DNA of 59,660 nt. Origin: an uncultured bacterium (GTDB lineage Bacteria; Chlamydiota; Chlamydiia; Chlamydiales; JAAZZY01). How positions within the stretch are numbered: position 1 is the first letter of the stretch; each line of letters begins with the position of its first letter. Of this stretch, positions 26,797 through 36,368 are shown piece after piece. Where the stretch lies: positions 1 through 59,660 of the forward strand of contig CAYGLF010000009.1 of assembly GCA_964350945.1 (NCBI GenBank). The letters run 5' to 3'. The notes under the pieces were generated by a model, which worked only from the letters and a program-made list of their open reading frames with translations, ran no database searches and had not been told where the DNA came from. The translations under genes and the position numbers were made by a program.

Positions 26797-27834
26797 TTAA
26801 AAGAGATAGGTGAAAGAAAAGAGGCCTGTGACAAAAGCTGCTGAATTTCTTCCTGCTAAGCTAAACTGAACTCCTGCTAAAACTCCAAAATTGGAGTTTA
26901 AGCTAAATTCGATAGCTGGGGCAACACTCAGATTTTGATTTCCTGGGCCACCTACAAATTCACCGCCAGTATTTCCTTTAAATTTTGAAGGAGAGGAAAC
27001 ACTATATTGCCAGTCTGTGGCAAATACCCAGTGTTGGTTAAAGCTAAATTCCCAGGCAAAAATAGAAGTGAAATTGTTTCCAGGTTTTACTTTTCCATTA
27101 GTTGCTAAAGTTCCTCCATAGGTATTGATTCCTTTCACTTTTACTGGAGGGTTGATTTGGTACGCGAAGGTCCAGCGGAACCTAAAAGGGTAGTACTCTC
27201 TAGCATCGAGATCTTTTTTAAAAAAAGAGTTAAATTCTTTTTGAAAGTTTAGAGAAATTTGTGGGGAGTAAGAGCCAGATCCCATCAGATCGGTCCCTTC
27301 TCTTGCTGGATCCGCATTTTGGAACCTTCCTGTAGGGAAGTTAATAGAAGTTGCAAGTTTACAGGAGGGGATCCAAGTACCAATTTCACCTTCGAGCATT
27401 TGGAAGCCAAAACTCAAACTGGTGTCACCATAGCCAAAGGTTCTCAGCTTTTGGGATCGATTTCCAAAGGCTTGGATCACCACATCTGTATCCATAAATT
27501 CGGTGAGCCCATATTGGATTACTGAAAGGTAGGTAAATCTTAGAGAGGAGAGTGAGCGCTGCACACGCCAAGAAGAATCATAGGCCCCATAGGTACGCTG
27601 CCAGTTAAAATAGGGTTGGATATTATAATAACCTTTAGGAAGGGTGTGAGCAGAAGGGGCTAAGAGAGGCCCTAAGTAAAAGGGGTCATAGACTTTATAA
27701 AGTCCTTTTACGAATTGAGCTCTTTCATCTGCGTGAGCCGAATTTTGTCTCCCTTCCAAGAGTCCCCAAGAAGATAGGGGGGTGCTTATCAAAGTAATAA
27801 CGAAAAGAATAAGCGCAAAAAAGTGTGATTTCAT
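26797..27834 (-). CDS. Putative outer-membrane beta-barrel protein (porin-like)
   Basis: Signal peptide, abundant alternating aromatic/polar beta-strand pattern, and a C-terminal ...FSFTYLF ending in Phe (BAM-recognition-like). Confidence 0.5.
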   Translation of the reverse strand: MKSHFFALILFVITLISTPLSSWGLLEGRQNSAHADERAQFVKGLYKVYDPFYLGPLLAPSAHTLPKGYYNIQPYFNWQRTYGAYDSSWRVQRSLSSLRFTYLSVIQYGLTEFMDTDVVIQAFGNRSQKLRTFGYGDTSLSFGFQMLEGEIGTWIPSCKLATSINFPTGRFQNADPAREGTDLMGSGSYSPQISLNFQKEFNSFFKKDLDAREYYPFRFRWTFAYQINPPVKVKGINTYGGTLATNGKVKPGNNFTSIFAWEFSFNQHWVFATDWQYSVSSPSKFKGNTGGEFVGGPGNQNLSVAPAIEFSLNSNFGVLAGVQFSLAGRNSAAFVTGLFSFTYLF

Positions 27835-27862
27835 GAAGCCATAGATCGTTCAATTATTTTTT

Positions 27863-28924
27863 TCAGTGTACCTGAGTTGATTTTTTTTTTGAAAATAAAA
27901 AAAGGTCTGGCCGCTGTTGGGTGAATAGCTCCGCATTGAGTAGGGCAGCTCCCGCAGCTCCTCTCATCAAATTGTTGACTAAAATTGTAAATTTAAAATC
28001 GAGGCAATCGCAAGGTTTTAAGCCTCCTAAAGATACAGAGAGTCCTTGTTCTAGAGAGCTGTGAATTCTAGGTTGTGGAAATTGGGGGCCGTTAAAAAAA
28101 TGAAGCACTTTTTGTGGCTTTGAGAAAAGAGGTTGCATTTTGCAAGAGGCATTGAAGTGTTCAAAAGCCTGTAGAATTTCTTGGGCAGAAGGCTTTTTCC
28201 CAAATTTTATGGAGAGGTTCATTAAGTGCCCTGTTAAAACTGGGACGCGATTACACTGAGCACTACTCCTGAAAGAAGCTGCAACAATGCGACCTTTTTC
28301 AAGCGATCCTAAAATTTTCTGGGGTTCACTCTCTATTTTTTCCTCCTCAGAAGCAATGAAAGGGATGACATTATTAGAAATATCAAAAGCGCTTAGTGCG
28401 CTGGACCCAGCTCCTGAAATAGCCTGCAAAGTCACCACGTGAAATTTTTCGATTCTAAAGTGGTCGAAGAGGGGTTTAAGGGCTAGTGTAAGTCCTGTAA
28501 CAGCACAGTTTGGGTTGGTGATAAGTTTTCCCTCGGTCGGTTGCTTTTCAATTAAACTTAAGTGGTCTGGGTTGACTTCAGGGATTAATAAAGGGACATT
28601 GTTTTGCATTCGAAAGTAACTTGCATTAGAAATAACATGTATTCCTTTTTCTAAAAAAAGAGGCTCTATCAAAGCAGCGCTTTGTGCATTTAAGGCTGAA
28701 AAAGCAAGGGAGATTTCTTCAGTAGGTTTACAGGCTTTGATTTTAATTTCTGCAAGATCATGGGGAAGCTTAAAAGAAACTAATTCTTGAAATTTTTTAC
28801 CTGCCGATTTTTCAGAGGCCATGACCTCTTTGATTTCGAACCAAGGATGATGGATTAATAGCTGTGTGATTTTCTGGCCTACCAAACCGGTTGCCCCTAA
28901 AATCGCAACGGGGATTTTCTTCAT
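27863..28924 (-). CDS. asd: Aspartate-semialdehyde dehydrogenase
   Basis: N-terminal Rossmann motif VAILGATGLVGQ and active-site NPNCAVTGLTLALKPL (catalytic Cys). Length matches the Gram-positive/archaeal-type Asd. Confidence 0.85.
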   Translation of the reverse strand: MKKIPVAILGATGLVGQKITQLLIHHPWFEIKEVMASEKSAGKKFQELVSFKLPHDLAEIKIKACKPTEEISLAFSALNAQSAALIEPLFLEKGIHVISNASYFRMQNNVPLLIPEVNPDHLSLIEKQPTEGKLITNPNCAVTGLTLALKPLFDHFRIEKFHVVTLQAISGAGSSALSAFDISNNVIPFIASEEEKIESEPQKILGSLEKGRIVAASFRSSAQCNRVPVLTGHLMNLSIKFGKKPSAQEILQAFEHFNASCKMQPLFSKPQKVLHFFNGPQFPQPRIHSSLEQGLSVSLGGLKPCDCLDFKFTILVNNLMRGAAGAALLNAELFTQQRPDLFLFSKKKSTQVH

Positions 28925-28956
28925 AGATCTAACTCTTTTATATGATAGCGAACAGT

Positions 28957-29265
28957 CTAAGAAATCGAGGGTTTATCTGAAAGCTTTTCAATGATTTCTC
29001 TTAAGCTAGGGTCTTGTAACAGAGGGGTGAATTCCATGATATTGTAATGAGCGACACTTTGAAAAGGATCTTTTGAAAGACATTCTTCAAAGGCTGATAG
29101 AGATAAGTTGTGTGCGATGATAATTCCTCCCGTTCTTGGATGCAACCGACCGCACATTAAAAGTTTTTTCTGTTCAAGTAGGTTTTGTAGAAATTGGCGA
29201 TGCTCTTTTAGGTGTAAATCTACTTCATCAAGCGGTTTAGTGTAGGTGATTATTGCAAGAAGCAT
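28957..29265 (-). CDS. YciI-like protein
   Basis: 102 aa, pattern MLLAIITYTKPLDEVD..HL..H..FL......L..G.......G..II resembles the YciI/DGPF stress-responsive alpha/beta barrel family. Confidence 0.55.
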   Translation of the reverse strand: MLLAIITYTKPLDEVDLHLKEHRQFLQNLLEQKKLLMCGRLHPRTGGIIIAHNLSLSAFEECLSKDPFQSVAHYNIMEFTPLLQDPSLREIIEKLSDKPSIS

Positions 29266-29276
29266 GTTTCCCTCCT

Positions 29277-30044
29277 CTAATCACGATCGGAAAAACTAAA
29301 AAGATCACGAAATCCTTGCAAAGTAACATCGCGAGAGACTGCAGCAATTGAATCGGTCAATGGGATGTCTTTGGGACAGACTCGAGCACAGTTTTGTGCA
29401 TTTCCACAGTCTGCGATTCCACCTTCCTCCATAAGAGGCCTTAAGCGCTTGTGTTTTTGTAGCTGGCCAGTAGGGTGAGCATTAAAAAGTCGAGCCTGTG
29501 AAATGGGAGCAGGGCCTATAAATTTGGAGTTTTCATTTACTTGTGGGCAGGCTTCAGCACAGCAGCCACAGGTCATGCATGTTGACAGTGAATACATAAT
29601 TTCTTGTTTTTCCTGGCTAATAGTGGGTCCAGGACCTTTTCGGTAAGCCCCATCACTTTCAATCCAAGCATTGACTTTCTTCAAATTTTCAAACATCGCT
29701 GAGCGATCGACTATCAAATCTCTAACAAGAGGAAACTTGGTGAAAGGAGCGAGCACAACAGTGGAGCTTTGACTTTCTTTTAAAAGATTGCGGATTAAAG
29801 CAGTACATGCTTGGCGGGGCTTTTGATTGATGAGCATAGAGCATGAGCCGCACACTTCTTCTAAGCAGCCTTGCTCCCATACGACGGGCTCGACAAGTTT
29901 CCCATGGATATTGACCGGGTTTTTTTGGATGTTCATGAGTGTGGAAATCACATTTGAAAAGGGCGTTAGCTCGCATTCAAATTCTTCCCAGTATTGATGT
30001 CCAGGATGTCCACGGTATATTTTTAAAATGAAAGTCTGATTCAT
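29277..30044 (-). CDS. sdhB: Succinate dehydrogenase/fumarate reductase iron-sulfur subunit
   Basis: 2Fe-2S Cys cluster (C..GSCGSC..) and two 4Fe-4S/3Fe-4S clusters (CMTCGCCAEACP and CGNAQNCARVCP). Confidence 0.9.
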   Translation of the reverse strand: MNQTFILKIYRGHPGHQYWEEFECELTPFSNVISTLMNIQKNPVNIHGKLVEPVVWEQGCLEEVCGSCSMLINQKPRQACTALIRNLLKESQSSTVVLAPFTKFPLVRDLIVDRSAMFENLKKVNAWIESDGAYRKGPGPTISQEKQEIMYSLSTCMTCGCCAEACPQVNENSKFIGPAPISQARLFNAHPTGQLQKHKRLRPLMEEGGIADCGNAQNCARVCPKDIPLTDSIAAVSRDVTLQGFRDLFSFSDRD

Positions 30045-30053
30045 AATCTTCTC

Positions 30054-31937
30054 TTAAGTAAATGGAAGCACAATGTTATTAGGGACATTTTCAAGGGTAG
30101 GCTTCACCTTTTTAGCATGTGCATAATCGCGTTTTATCGGCTTAAGATGTCTTATGTCAATAGGATTATAAGTTATTTGTGGTTCATCGCTATTTGGATC
30201 GTAGGTGGCAATGGTTTCTTTAAGCCAATGCTCGTCATCGCGATCAGGGAACTCAGGTTTAAAATGCGCACCGCGAAATTCGTTGCGTAGCAAAGCTCCC
30301 TTGGTAATAATCAAAGAGATTTCTAACATGGGTAGAAACTGAGCTGCAAAGGTGTAGGTTTGGTTGGCAAACATAGAGCGATCGCTGAGCGAAATATTTT
30401 TAAAACGCTCCTTGATCTCTTTGATTTTTTGTAGAGCCTGCGTTAAATTTTTATTTTCTCTTTTAACGGTCACATCTCCAATCATAATATCCGCCAATTC
30501 TTGGTGCAAAGCATGTACATTTTCTTTTCCATTTCGTTTGAAAAGGTCTTGCTTTTTGTGCTCCTCATGAGCAATGGCATCTTGAGTATAAGAAGCCTTT
30601 GTTTCAGCTGGCCCTTTGGCCAATAAATAACGATCCATATCGACGCCAGCAACCAGCCCTCCATAGATACAGGATAATAATGAATTGGCGCCCAGACGAT
30701 TGGCTCCATGATACTGATGTTCACATTCGCCAGCGGCAAAACAACCTTCAATATTTGTCATTTGACGAAAGCGCTGATCTCGATCTGGATCGTCGGCAGC
30801 TGGCCAGTCAATCCAAGCTCCTCCCATAGAATAGTGCATGCCAGGGAAAATTTTCATTGGAATTTTAGAAGGTCTGTCTCCAGTAAATTTTTCATAGATA
30901 TCTAATACTGAAGCAAGTTTGTGGAGTGTTTGCGGTGGCAAGTGAGTCACATCAAGGTAAACTTGGTTCTTCCCCTCTACTCCCATTCCCATCTCACAAA
31001 TTCTAAGGACTTCACGAGAACCGATGTCTCTGGGTACTAGATTACCGAAAGCTGGGTAGAGTGCTTCTAAAAAATACCAAGGTTTCCCGGTTTCTCCACA
31101 AGGAATTTCTTGACCTGTTGGAGTTGTGATGGTTTTTGTAGAGTCTCCTGGAACCCAAACACGTCCACCTTCTCCTCGAACCGATTCTGAAATTAAGCGC
31201 AGCTTATCTTCTCCAGGAATTGAGGTTGGATGGATCTGGATAAACTCCCCATTGGCGTACTGCATGCCTTGCATGTATAGTCTGCCGTTGGCAGCTCCTG
31301 TGCAAAAAGTTGAGTTGGTTGAGTATTTGAAAATAAGGCCTGGACCTCCGGTTGCTATTAAAACAGCATCAGCTTCAAGGGCTTCTAATTTCAGGTTAAA
31401 AAGGTTCATGACAACTACGCCACAAGCGCGACCTGAATCATCTTGAATCAGACGCATAAATTCGTGGTTCTCAAATTTTTCAACAGATCCCTGGGATTCA
31501 TGGCGCCGCACCTGCTCATCAAGGGCATATAGCAACTGCTGGCCTGTAGATGCACCACAAAAGGCGGTGCGATGGTAGAGCGTTCCACCAAAACGTCTAA
31601 AATCTAATTTTCCCTCTGGAGTGCGATTAAAGGGGACTCCAAATCGATCCATCATCTCCAAAATTCCTGGGCCAGCTAAACACATTTCTAGAACAGGTGG
31701 TTGGTGAGCTAAAAAATCTCCGCCTTTAATCGTGTCATAAGCGTGTATTAGAGGGGAGTCTTCTTCCCCTTTAGTATCCATCGCAACGTTAATACCGCCT
31801 TGTGCGCAGACAGAGTGAGAACGTTTGACTTTGGTCACCGAAATAATTTTGACATTCATTCCTTTTTCAGCCAGCTTCATGGCCGCAGCAAGCCCTGCAA
31901 GCCCACCTCCTACCACTATAACGGATCGTTTTTTCAT
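30054..31937 (-). CDS. sdhA: Succinate dehydrogenase/fumarate reductase flavoprotein subunit
   Basis: FAD-binding VVGGGLAGLAAA N-terminus, the SHSVCAQGG covalent-FAD His region, and 627 aa of B. subtilis-type SdhA. Confidence 0.92.
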   Translation of the reverse strand: MKKRSVIVVGGGLAGLAAAMKLAEKGMNVKIISVTKVKRSHSVCAQGGINVAMDTKGEEDSPLIHAYDTIKGGDFLAHQPPVLEMCLAGPGILEMMDRFGVPFNRTPEGKLDFRRFGGTLYHRTAFCGASTGQQLLYALDEQVRRHESQGSVEKFENHEFMRLIQDDSGRACGVVVMNLFNLKLEALEADAVLIATGGPGLIFKYSTNSTFCTGAANGRLYMQGMQYANGEFIQIHPTSIPGEDKLRLISESVRGEGGRVWVPGDSTKTITTPTGQEIPCGETGKPWYFLEALYPAFGNLVPRDIGSREVLRICEMGMGVEGKNQVYLDVTHLPPQTLHKLASVLDIYEKFTGDRPSKIPMKIFPGMHYSMGGAWIDWPAADDPDRDQRFRQMTNIEGCFAAGECEHQYHGANRLGANSLLSCIYGGLVAGVDMDRYLLAKGPAETKASYTQDAIAHEEHKKQDLFKRNGKENVHALHQELADIMIGDVTVKRENKNLTQALQKIKEIKERFKNISLSDRSMFANQTYTFAAQFLPMLEISLIITKGALLRNEFRGAHFKPEFPDRDDEHWLKETIATYDPNSDEPQITYNPIDIRHLKPIKRDYAHAKKVKPTLENVPNNIVLPFT

Positions 31938-31943
31938 ATTCCT

Positions 31944-32906
31944 TTACCTGAGATTTACAAAGTAGGTTAACCAAATGGCCGCAAGTCCACACGACGAAAG
32001 TAAAATAGTCAGCAACACAGCGACACTTCGCATCATTTTTTGTGAGTTAGCTGTGAGTGTCACTCCCCAAGAAATCATGGCTGTCCAAAGCCCATTAAAG
32101 GCATGGTAGCAAGCAGCAATAACGAACATGGTATAGAGAATCATCATCAGGGGGCTTTTAAAAGTTTCCCTTACAGCCAATAGAGAGGCGGTTCCAAAAC
32201 TTTGTGATACTGCCATGACCTGGTTGGCATTGAGTTTTTTTTGTGACAGTTTTTCAATATAGGTAGCAAAAAGGTCTCCCATAACCTCTTTTTGAGTTTC
32301 TTGGGCCACTTGGGGGTCGTAGGTGATCCTCGCCTCTGCCTTCTGGTTGTGCATTAGCAAACGAGCTTTTTCCTGCTGGATCTGTTGGTTACTATAAAGG
32401 TGGACTTGAAGTTTAGAAGAGGTGCGGTAAAGGCCTGGGTCCATATTGAGTCGAACCATGTAATAGTTGTGCCCAACACCTCCAGAAACTTTGAGGGGAT
32501 AATCAATAAAACGCATCTGCACAATATGCAAAACAATGCCCAATAGCAGAACCCAGGAGGTGATACGCTGCCAGGAAAAGGCGTGATTGCGGGCATACTT
32601 TTCAAGCTTTGGTTTTGAAAGGCCTCTTTGAAAGGAGTTCATTTTTGAGGTAAAGAGGTATTTAATGCCTAAAGTAGCGTGCAATAGAATAGGGAAGCCT
32701 AAAAAAAGGATTTCGACAGCTTGTAGGTAGGGGAGGTTGTGGATGTCATTCACCATTCGTACAAAGCCCTGTCCCCAGTCTCCTATGTAGAGAGCAGCTT
32801 GAGAATTGGTAATTAAGTGCTCTAGGAGAAACAAAACTAACCAAATTCCAGCTATAGAGTGGAAGCGTTTGTTGACATATGCTCGTGGCAGCGCCTTATC
32901 GTTCAT
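31944..32906 (-). CDS. sdhC: Succinate dehydrogenase cytochrome b subunit (single large anchor)
   Basis: 320-aa polytopic membrane protein immediately upstream of sdhA-sdhB, as in Chlamydia CT591. Has conserved His in its TM helices. Confidence 0.75.
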   Translation of the reverse strand: MNDKALPRAYVNKRFHSIAGIWLVLFLLEHLITNSQAALYIGDWGQGFVRMVNDIHNLPYLQAVEILFLGFPILLHATLGIKYLFTSKMNSFQRGLSKPKLEKYARNHAFSWQRITSWVLLLGIVLHIVQMRFIDYPLKVSGGVGHNYYMVRLNMDPGLYRTSSKLQVHLYSNQQIQQEKARLLMHNQKAEARITYDPQVAQETQKEVMGDLFATYIEKLSQKKLNANQVMAVSQSFGTASLLAVRETFKSPLMMILYTMFVIAACYHAFNGLWTAMISWGVTLTANSQKMMRSVAVLLTILLSSCGLAAIWLTYFVNLR

Positions 32907-32957
32907 CTTATTTGGGGGCTTTTTAAAAAGAAGTCACGTTAGCAATCTAAAAAACTT

Positions 32958-34367
32958 TTGACAAGTATATTTTTAAATAAATTAAAAGAAGTGAGTTTTT
33001 TGTCGTTTAAATCTGATTGTTTGCACTACACTAAGTTAGTTTTTTGTATTTTTCGAGGTGTTATGCAAAGATCCGAGATTCATGTATCCCCCTTAGACAG
33101 AATCATTCCTTCCGTGACTCACTCGGAAAAGACTCCCTCTCTCATTTCTAAAGGATCTATCTCAAAAATAAATAATTCATTTTTAGAATTCTCCAAAGAT
33201 AAGCATAAGCTTTTTTTACAGGTAAAAAAAGATGATTTTTTAAGTAAGCGTTTTATTTCTCATCTTTTTGGAGATTCTTATCTGCAAAATTCTATTCACG
33301 AGGGTTGGTTTGCTTCTGATGCTCTTATGCATATGATTTTGATTCTAGAGGATAATCAAATTTCCTCAAGTGTTAAAGAAGTATTGGATGATTTCAAAGG
33401 ATGTCTTTCTTGGCATGGAAAGATTATGGCTTATATCTTTAATGAAAAAGAGGCATCTTTTCGCGACATTCATAAAGAGAGCGCGGGGATAGAGCCGGAA
33501 GACGTTTCCTTGTTGGAGGACTCAGAGGAAGATGAGGTTTCTAATGAGGATGTATTGGTAGCAGGATCTATTGACAAGTACGACAACCCCTTTTTAGATA
33601 GATTGGTTCTTGACTTCAAGGAGGCCGTTGCGAATTTAGCGGTGGGGCAAAAGATTTTATTTCCAGGGGGTCCTAAGGGACATTCAGTCTTATTTGAATG
33701 TCGAAGAGATGGAGATAAAGATTACTCATTTGCTGTTTACAACACCGGAGAGGGAGTTGAGAAGCACTGGATGTTAATCACAGGAGAGGGAGTGCACAAA
33801 GCACAGGCCGTGTATCGTTTATCTGAGATCACTCTAGATAAATTTACCGAGGGTTATTTTTTTCATGACTTAATTGAATTAAAAAAAGAACGTTCTCTAA
33901 ATTTTGGGGAAGAGCTTTATGAAGTCACTTTAGGTCAATTGGAGGGGGTCCGAGATAAAGCTCCCATCCGTCCTGAAGATTATATGCAGTCACAGCGTTC
34001 TGGAACTTGTGTGTGGAAAATGCTCAGCGCCTATTGTCGTTATAATTTGCCATTGATCGAAAGAAAATATCTCAAACTACGCTCGAGAATGGATGTCTTT
34101 CAAAAATGGTATGAGCTTGGACACTCTTTAGATTGCCCAAAGATTAGTAGCCAGTTAATTGACCGTTTGATTGTCAACTACAAAAAAGAGTTGTACCATC
34201 TCAACCCAAATCCTTTAGAGTTCTCTCGAGAAGAGCTCCTATTCTTAGGGATTCTAAAGGTTAAAAAAACCTTTGATAAATATAGCTTTTTGCTCTCAGA
34301 CCAGCAGATTCAAGAAGCTAGTATCTGGTACGAAGCATTTACCGGCCAAAAGCTTACTTCAACCTAA
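32958..34367 (+). CDS. Hypothetical protein with C-terminal Ulp1/CE-clan-like cysteine peptidase motif pattern
   Basis: Acidic stretch EPEDVSLLEDSEEDEVSNED, then His270 in KHWMLI, Asp294 (or Asp304), and Gln346 followed by Cys351 (QSQRSGTCVW). The start is more likely the Met at 33063 (GAGGTG RBS) than 32958. Confidence 0.5.
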   Translation: MTSIFLNKLKEVSFLSFKSDCLHYTKLVFCIFRGVMQRSEIHVSPLDRIIPSVTHSEKTPSLISKGSISKINNSFLEFSKDKHKLFLQVKKDDFLSKRFISHLFGDSYLQNSIHEGWFASDALMHMILILEDNQISSSVKEVLDDFKGCLSWHGKIMAYIFNEKEASFRDIHKESAGIEPEDVSLLEDSEEDEVSNEDVLVAGSIDKYDNPFLDRLVLDFKEAVANLAVGQKILFPGGPKGHSVLFECRRDGDKDYSFAVYNTGEGVEKHWMLITGEGVHKAQAVYRLSEITLDKFTEGYFFHDLIELKKERSLNFGEELYEVTLGQLEGVRDKAPIRPEDYMQSQRSGTCVWKMLSAYCRYNLPLIERKYLKLRSRMDVFQKWYELGHSLDCPKISSQLIDRLIVNYKKELYHLNPNPLEFSREELLFLGILKVKKTFDKYSFLLSDQQIQEASIWYEAFTGQKLTST

Positions 34368-35127
34368 AAAGATCTTGCGTGTTTTGGCTTGTCTTCTGAG
34401 CAATTTGACTTAAAGGAAGGTTTTTGAGCTCTGCTAGCATGTGGGCGACTTCGACCACAAAAGAAGGCTCGTTGACCTTTCCTCGCTGACTTTGAGGGGC
34501 AAGATAAGGGGAGTCCGTTTCGATAAGCAAATGTTCTAAAGGGATTTTTTGTGCGACTTCTTTAAGCTCATGGCTTTTTTTGAAAGTCACAATTCCGCTA
34601 AGAGAGAGGTACCAACCTCTTTCTATAAGTTTTTGGGCCTCCTGCAGCGTTCCTGTAAAGCAGTGAAGCACCCCTTTTTTTGGGAAAGGGAAATGTTGGT
34701 CGATAATTTTAAAAAAATCATCAAAAGCATCCCGGCAATGTATAATAATTGGGAGATCGCACTGTTTTGCTAAATTCAAATAACGAATAAAAAAAGCTTG
34801 CTGCAGCTCTTTTTTGGAGTGCTCGTAAAAATAGTCTAATCCAGTTTCTCCTATGGCTACTAAAAGGCCCTTCTCGGCAGCTTTTTGAAATGCTGAAAAA
34901 AATTTCTCTCCTTCTTTTTCCACATCATGCGGTGTGGTCGCCCCGGCATTAAAGACTTGTGGGCAACGCTTAGCAAGTGACAAACCTCGTTCTAAGGTTT
35001 CTAAATCTGTACAGATATTAATCAGCGAGTGGACTTTTGCAGCACTGGCTCTTTTCAAAAGAGCGTCCGCATTTTCAAAGAGCTTATCGGATGTTAGATG
35101 GGCGTGTGAATCAATATACATATCCAA
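34354..35127 (-). CDS. tatD: TatD family metal-dependent hydrolase (DNase)
   Basis: MDMYIDSHAHL N-terminus and conserved His/Glu/Asp metal ligands (HCF, ETDSP). Confidence 0.85.
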   Translation of the reverse strand: MDMYIDSHAHLTSDKLFENADALLKRASAAKVHSLINICTDLETLERGLSLAKRCPQVFNAGATTPHDVEKEGEKFFSAFQKAAEKGLLVAIGETGLDYFYEHSKKELQQAFFIRYLNLAKQCDLPIIIHCRDAFDDFFKIIDQHFPFPKKGVLHCFTGTLQEAQKLIERGWYLSLSGIVTFKKSHELKEVAQKIPLEHLLIETDSPYLAPQSQRGKVNEPSFVVEVAHMLAELKNLPLSQIAQKTSQNTQDLFRLK

Positions 35128-35227
35128 AATGCTATCTAAAAAAAACCTATTTGTAAAGGAATAGCAATTTTGGTTGCATGATCTTTGGTATTACTTTAAA
35201 TTAGAGGTTAACTAATTAGGAGATTTT

Positions 35228-35953
35228 GTGGCCCACCCTATTCTTGACGCTTATGTTCGATCTGATTTTTTTGGGAAAATAATCTTTTTGTCCCTCCTAG
35301 GGCTTTCAATATTAAGTTGGATTTTGATTTTTTACAAAGTGTGGCTCGCGCGCCTTGTCGAACGTGTATCAGAAAATATAGACCAATACTTTAAGAAGCA
35401 AAAAAGAAACCCTTTGGCACTTGATTTTAACAGATTTGATTCGACTCTTGAAGCTTTTAATCCGTTTTTGTCCCTATATAAAAAAGTGCAGCAAGGAGCT
35501 CTTGAACTATTAAAAAAAAATAAAGAGCTGGCTAGAACAAACTCTGGGTCATCAGCCGTGTTTTTATCATCAACTGATATTGAGCAACTCGCCATGCATG
35601 TGGATATGACGATTACCAAAGAAAGAAAGAAGCTTGAGAAATATTTATTTATTCTTTCTACAATTTTTAGCCTAGCCCCTCTTTTGGGTTTATTGGGAAC
35701 GGTATGGGGGATTTCAGTGACTTTCAATCAAATGCCTCAATCTAAAAATGCTTTGAGTAACGATGCCGTCCTTTCAGGTCTTGCAATGGCCCTGGGTACA
35801 ACTGTTTTTGGAATTGTGGTAGCCATTCCTGCATTGATTGGTTATAACTATTTAAAACATCGTTTTGAAGATTATGCGCAGCAAATGGATCATTTTTCAT
35901 CAGAAATTCTTTTGAGCGTAGAAATGCAATATCGTGCAGTAGACGTGCAATAG
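35228..35953 (+). CDS. tolQ: TolQ/ExbB/MotA family proton-channel protein
   Basis: Three TM helices, conserved LGLLGTVWGI motif. Confidence 0.8.
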   Translation: MAHPILDAYVRSDFFGKIIFLSLLGLSILSWILIFYKVWLARLVERVSENIDQYFKKQKRNPLALDFNRFDSTLEAFNPFLSLYKKVQQGALELLKKNKELARTNSGSSAVFLSSTDIEQLAMHVDMTITKERKKLEKYLFILSTIFSLAPLLGLLGTVWGISVTFNQMPQSKNALSNDAVLSGLAMALGTTVFGIVVAIPALIGYNYLKHRFEDYAQQMDHFSSEILLSVEMQYRAVDVQ

Positions 35954-35954
35954 T

Positions 35955-36368
35955 ATGGGTAGAAGAAGAAATTATCAAAAAGCTTACCAACATGAAGAGC
36001 CCAATATCAACTTGATGCCACTCATAGATGTGGTTTTTGTGGTCCTTGTGATGTTTATCGTAATTGCACCTATGATGAATGTGGATCGTATTGACCTTGC
36101 TGAGGGCATGTCGACTGTTAAGCAGAATCAGATTGACTCGACCATAGTCGTTCAGGTAGGTGCTGATAATTCTTATCATTTAAATCAACGCTCAGTATCT
36201 CTCAAAGAGCTCTCACGCTTACTTGTAGAGGCAAAAAAAGCCTACCCTGAAGCGATTCCGCAGGTTATGCCGGATAAAAATGCCTCTTTTCAAGCCTATG
36301 AAAACGTTCGTACCGCTTCTAAAAAAGCGGGCTTTGAATGTATTGATGTGAACTTAAACCCCCACTGA
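35955..36368 (+). CDS. tolR: TolR/ExbD family protein
   Basis: N-terminal INLMPLIDVVFVVLVMFIV anchor with the conserved Asp. 137 aa. Confidence 0.8.
   Translation: MGRRRNYQKAYQHEEPNINLMPLIDVVFVVLVMFIVIAPMMNVDRIDLAEGMSTVKQNQIDSTIVVQVGADNSYHLNQRSVSLKELSRLLVEAKKAYPEAIPQVMPDKNASFQAYENVRTASKKAGFECIDVNLNPH

Noticed and set aside
35742-36179. 145-aa minus ORF overlapping tolQ/tolR junction
   Set aside because: Antisense to two well-supported Tol genes. AT-rich antisense frames commonly stay open.
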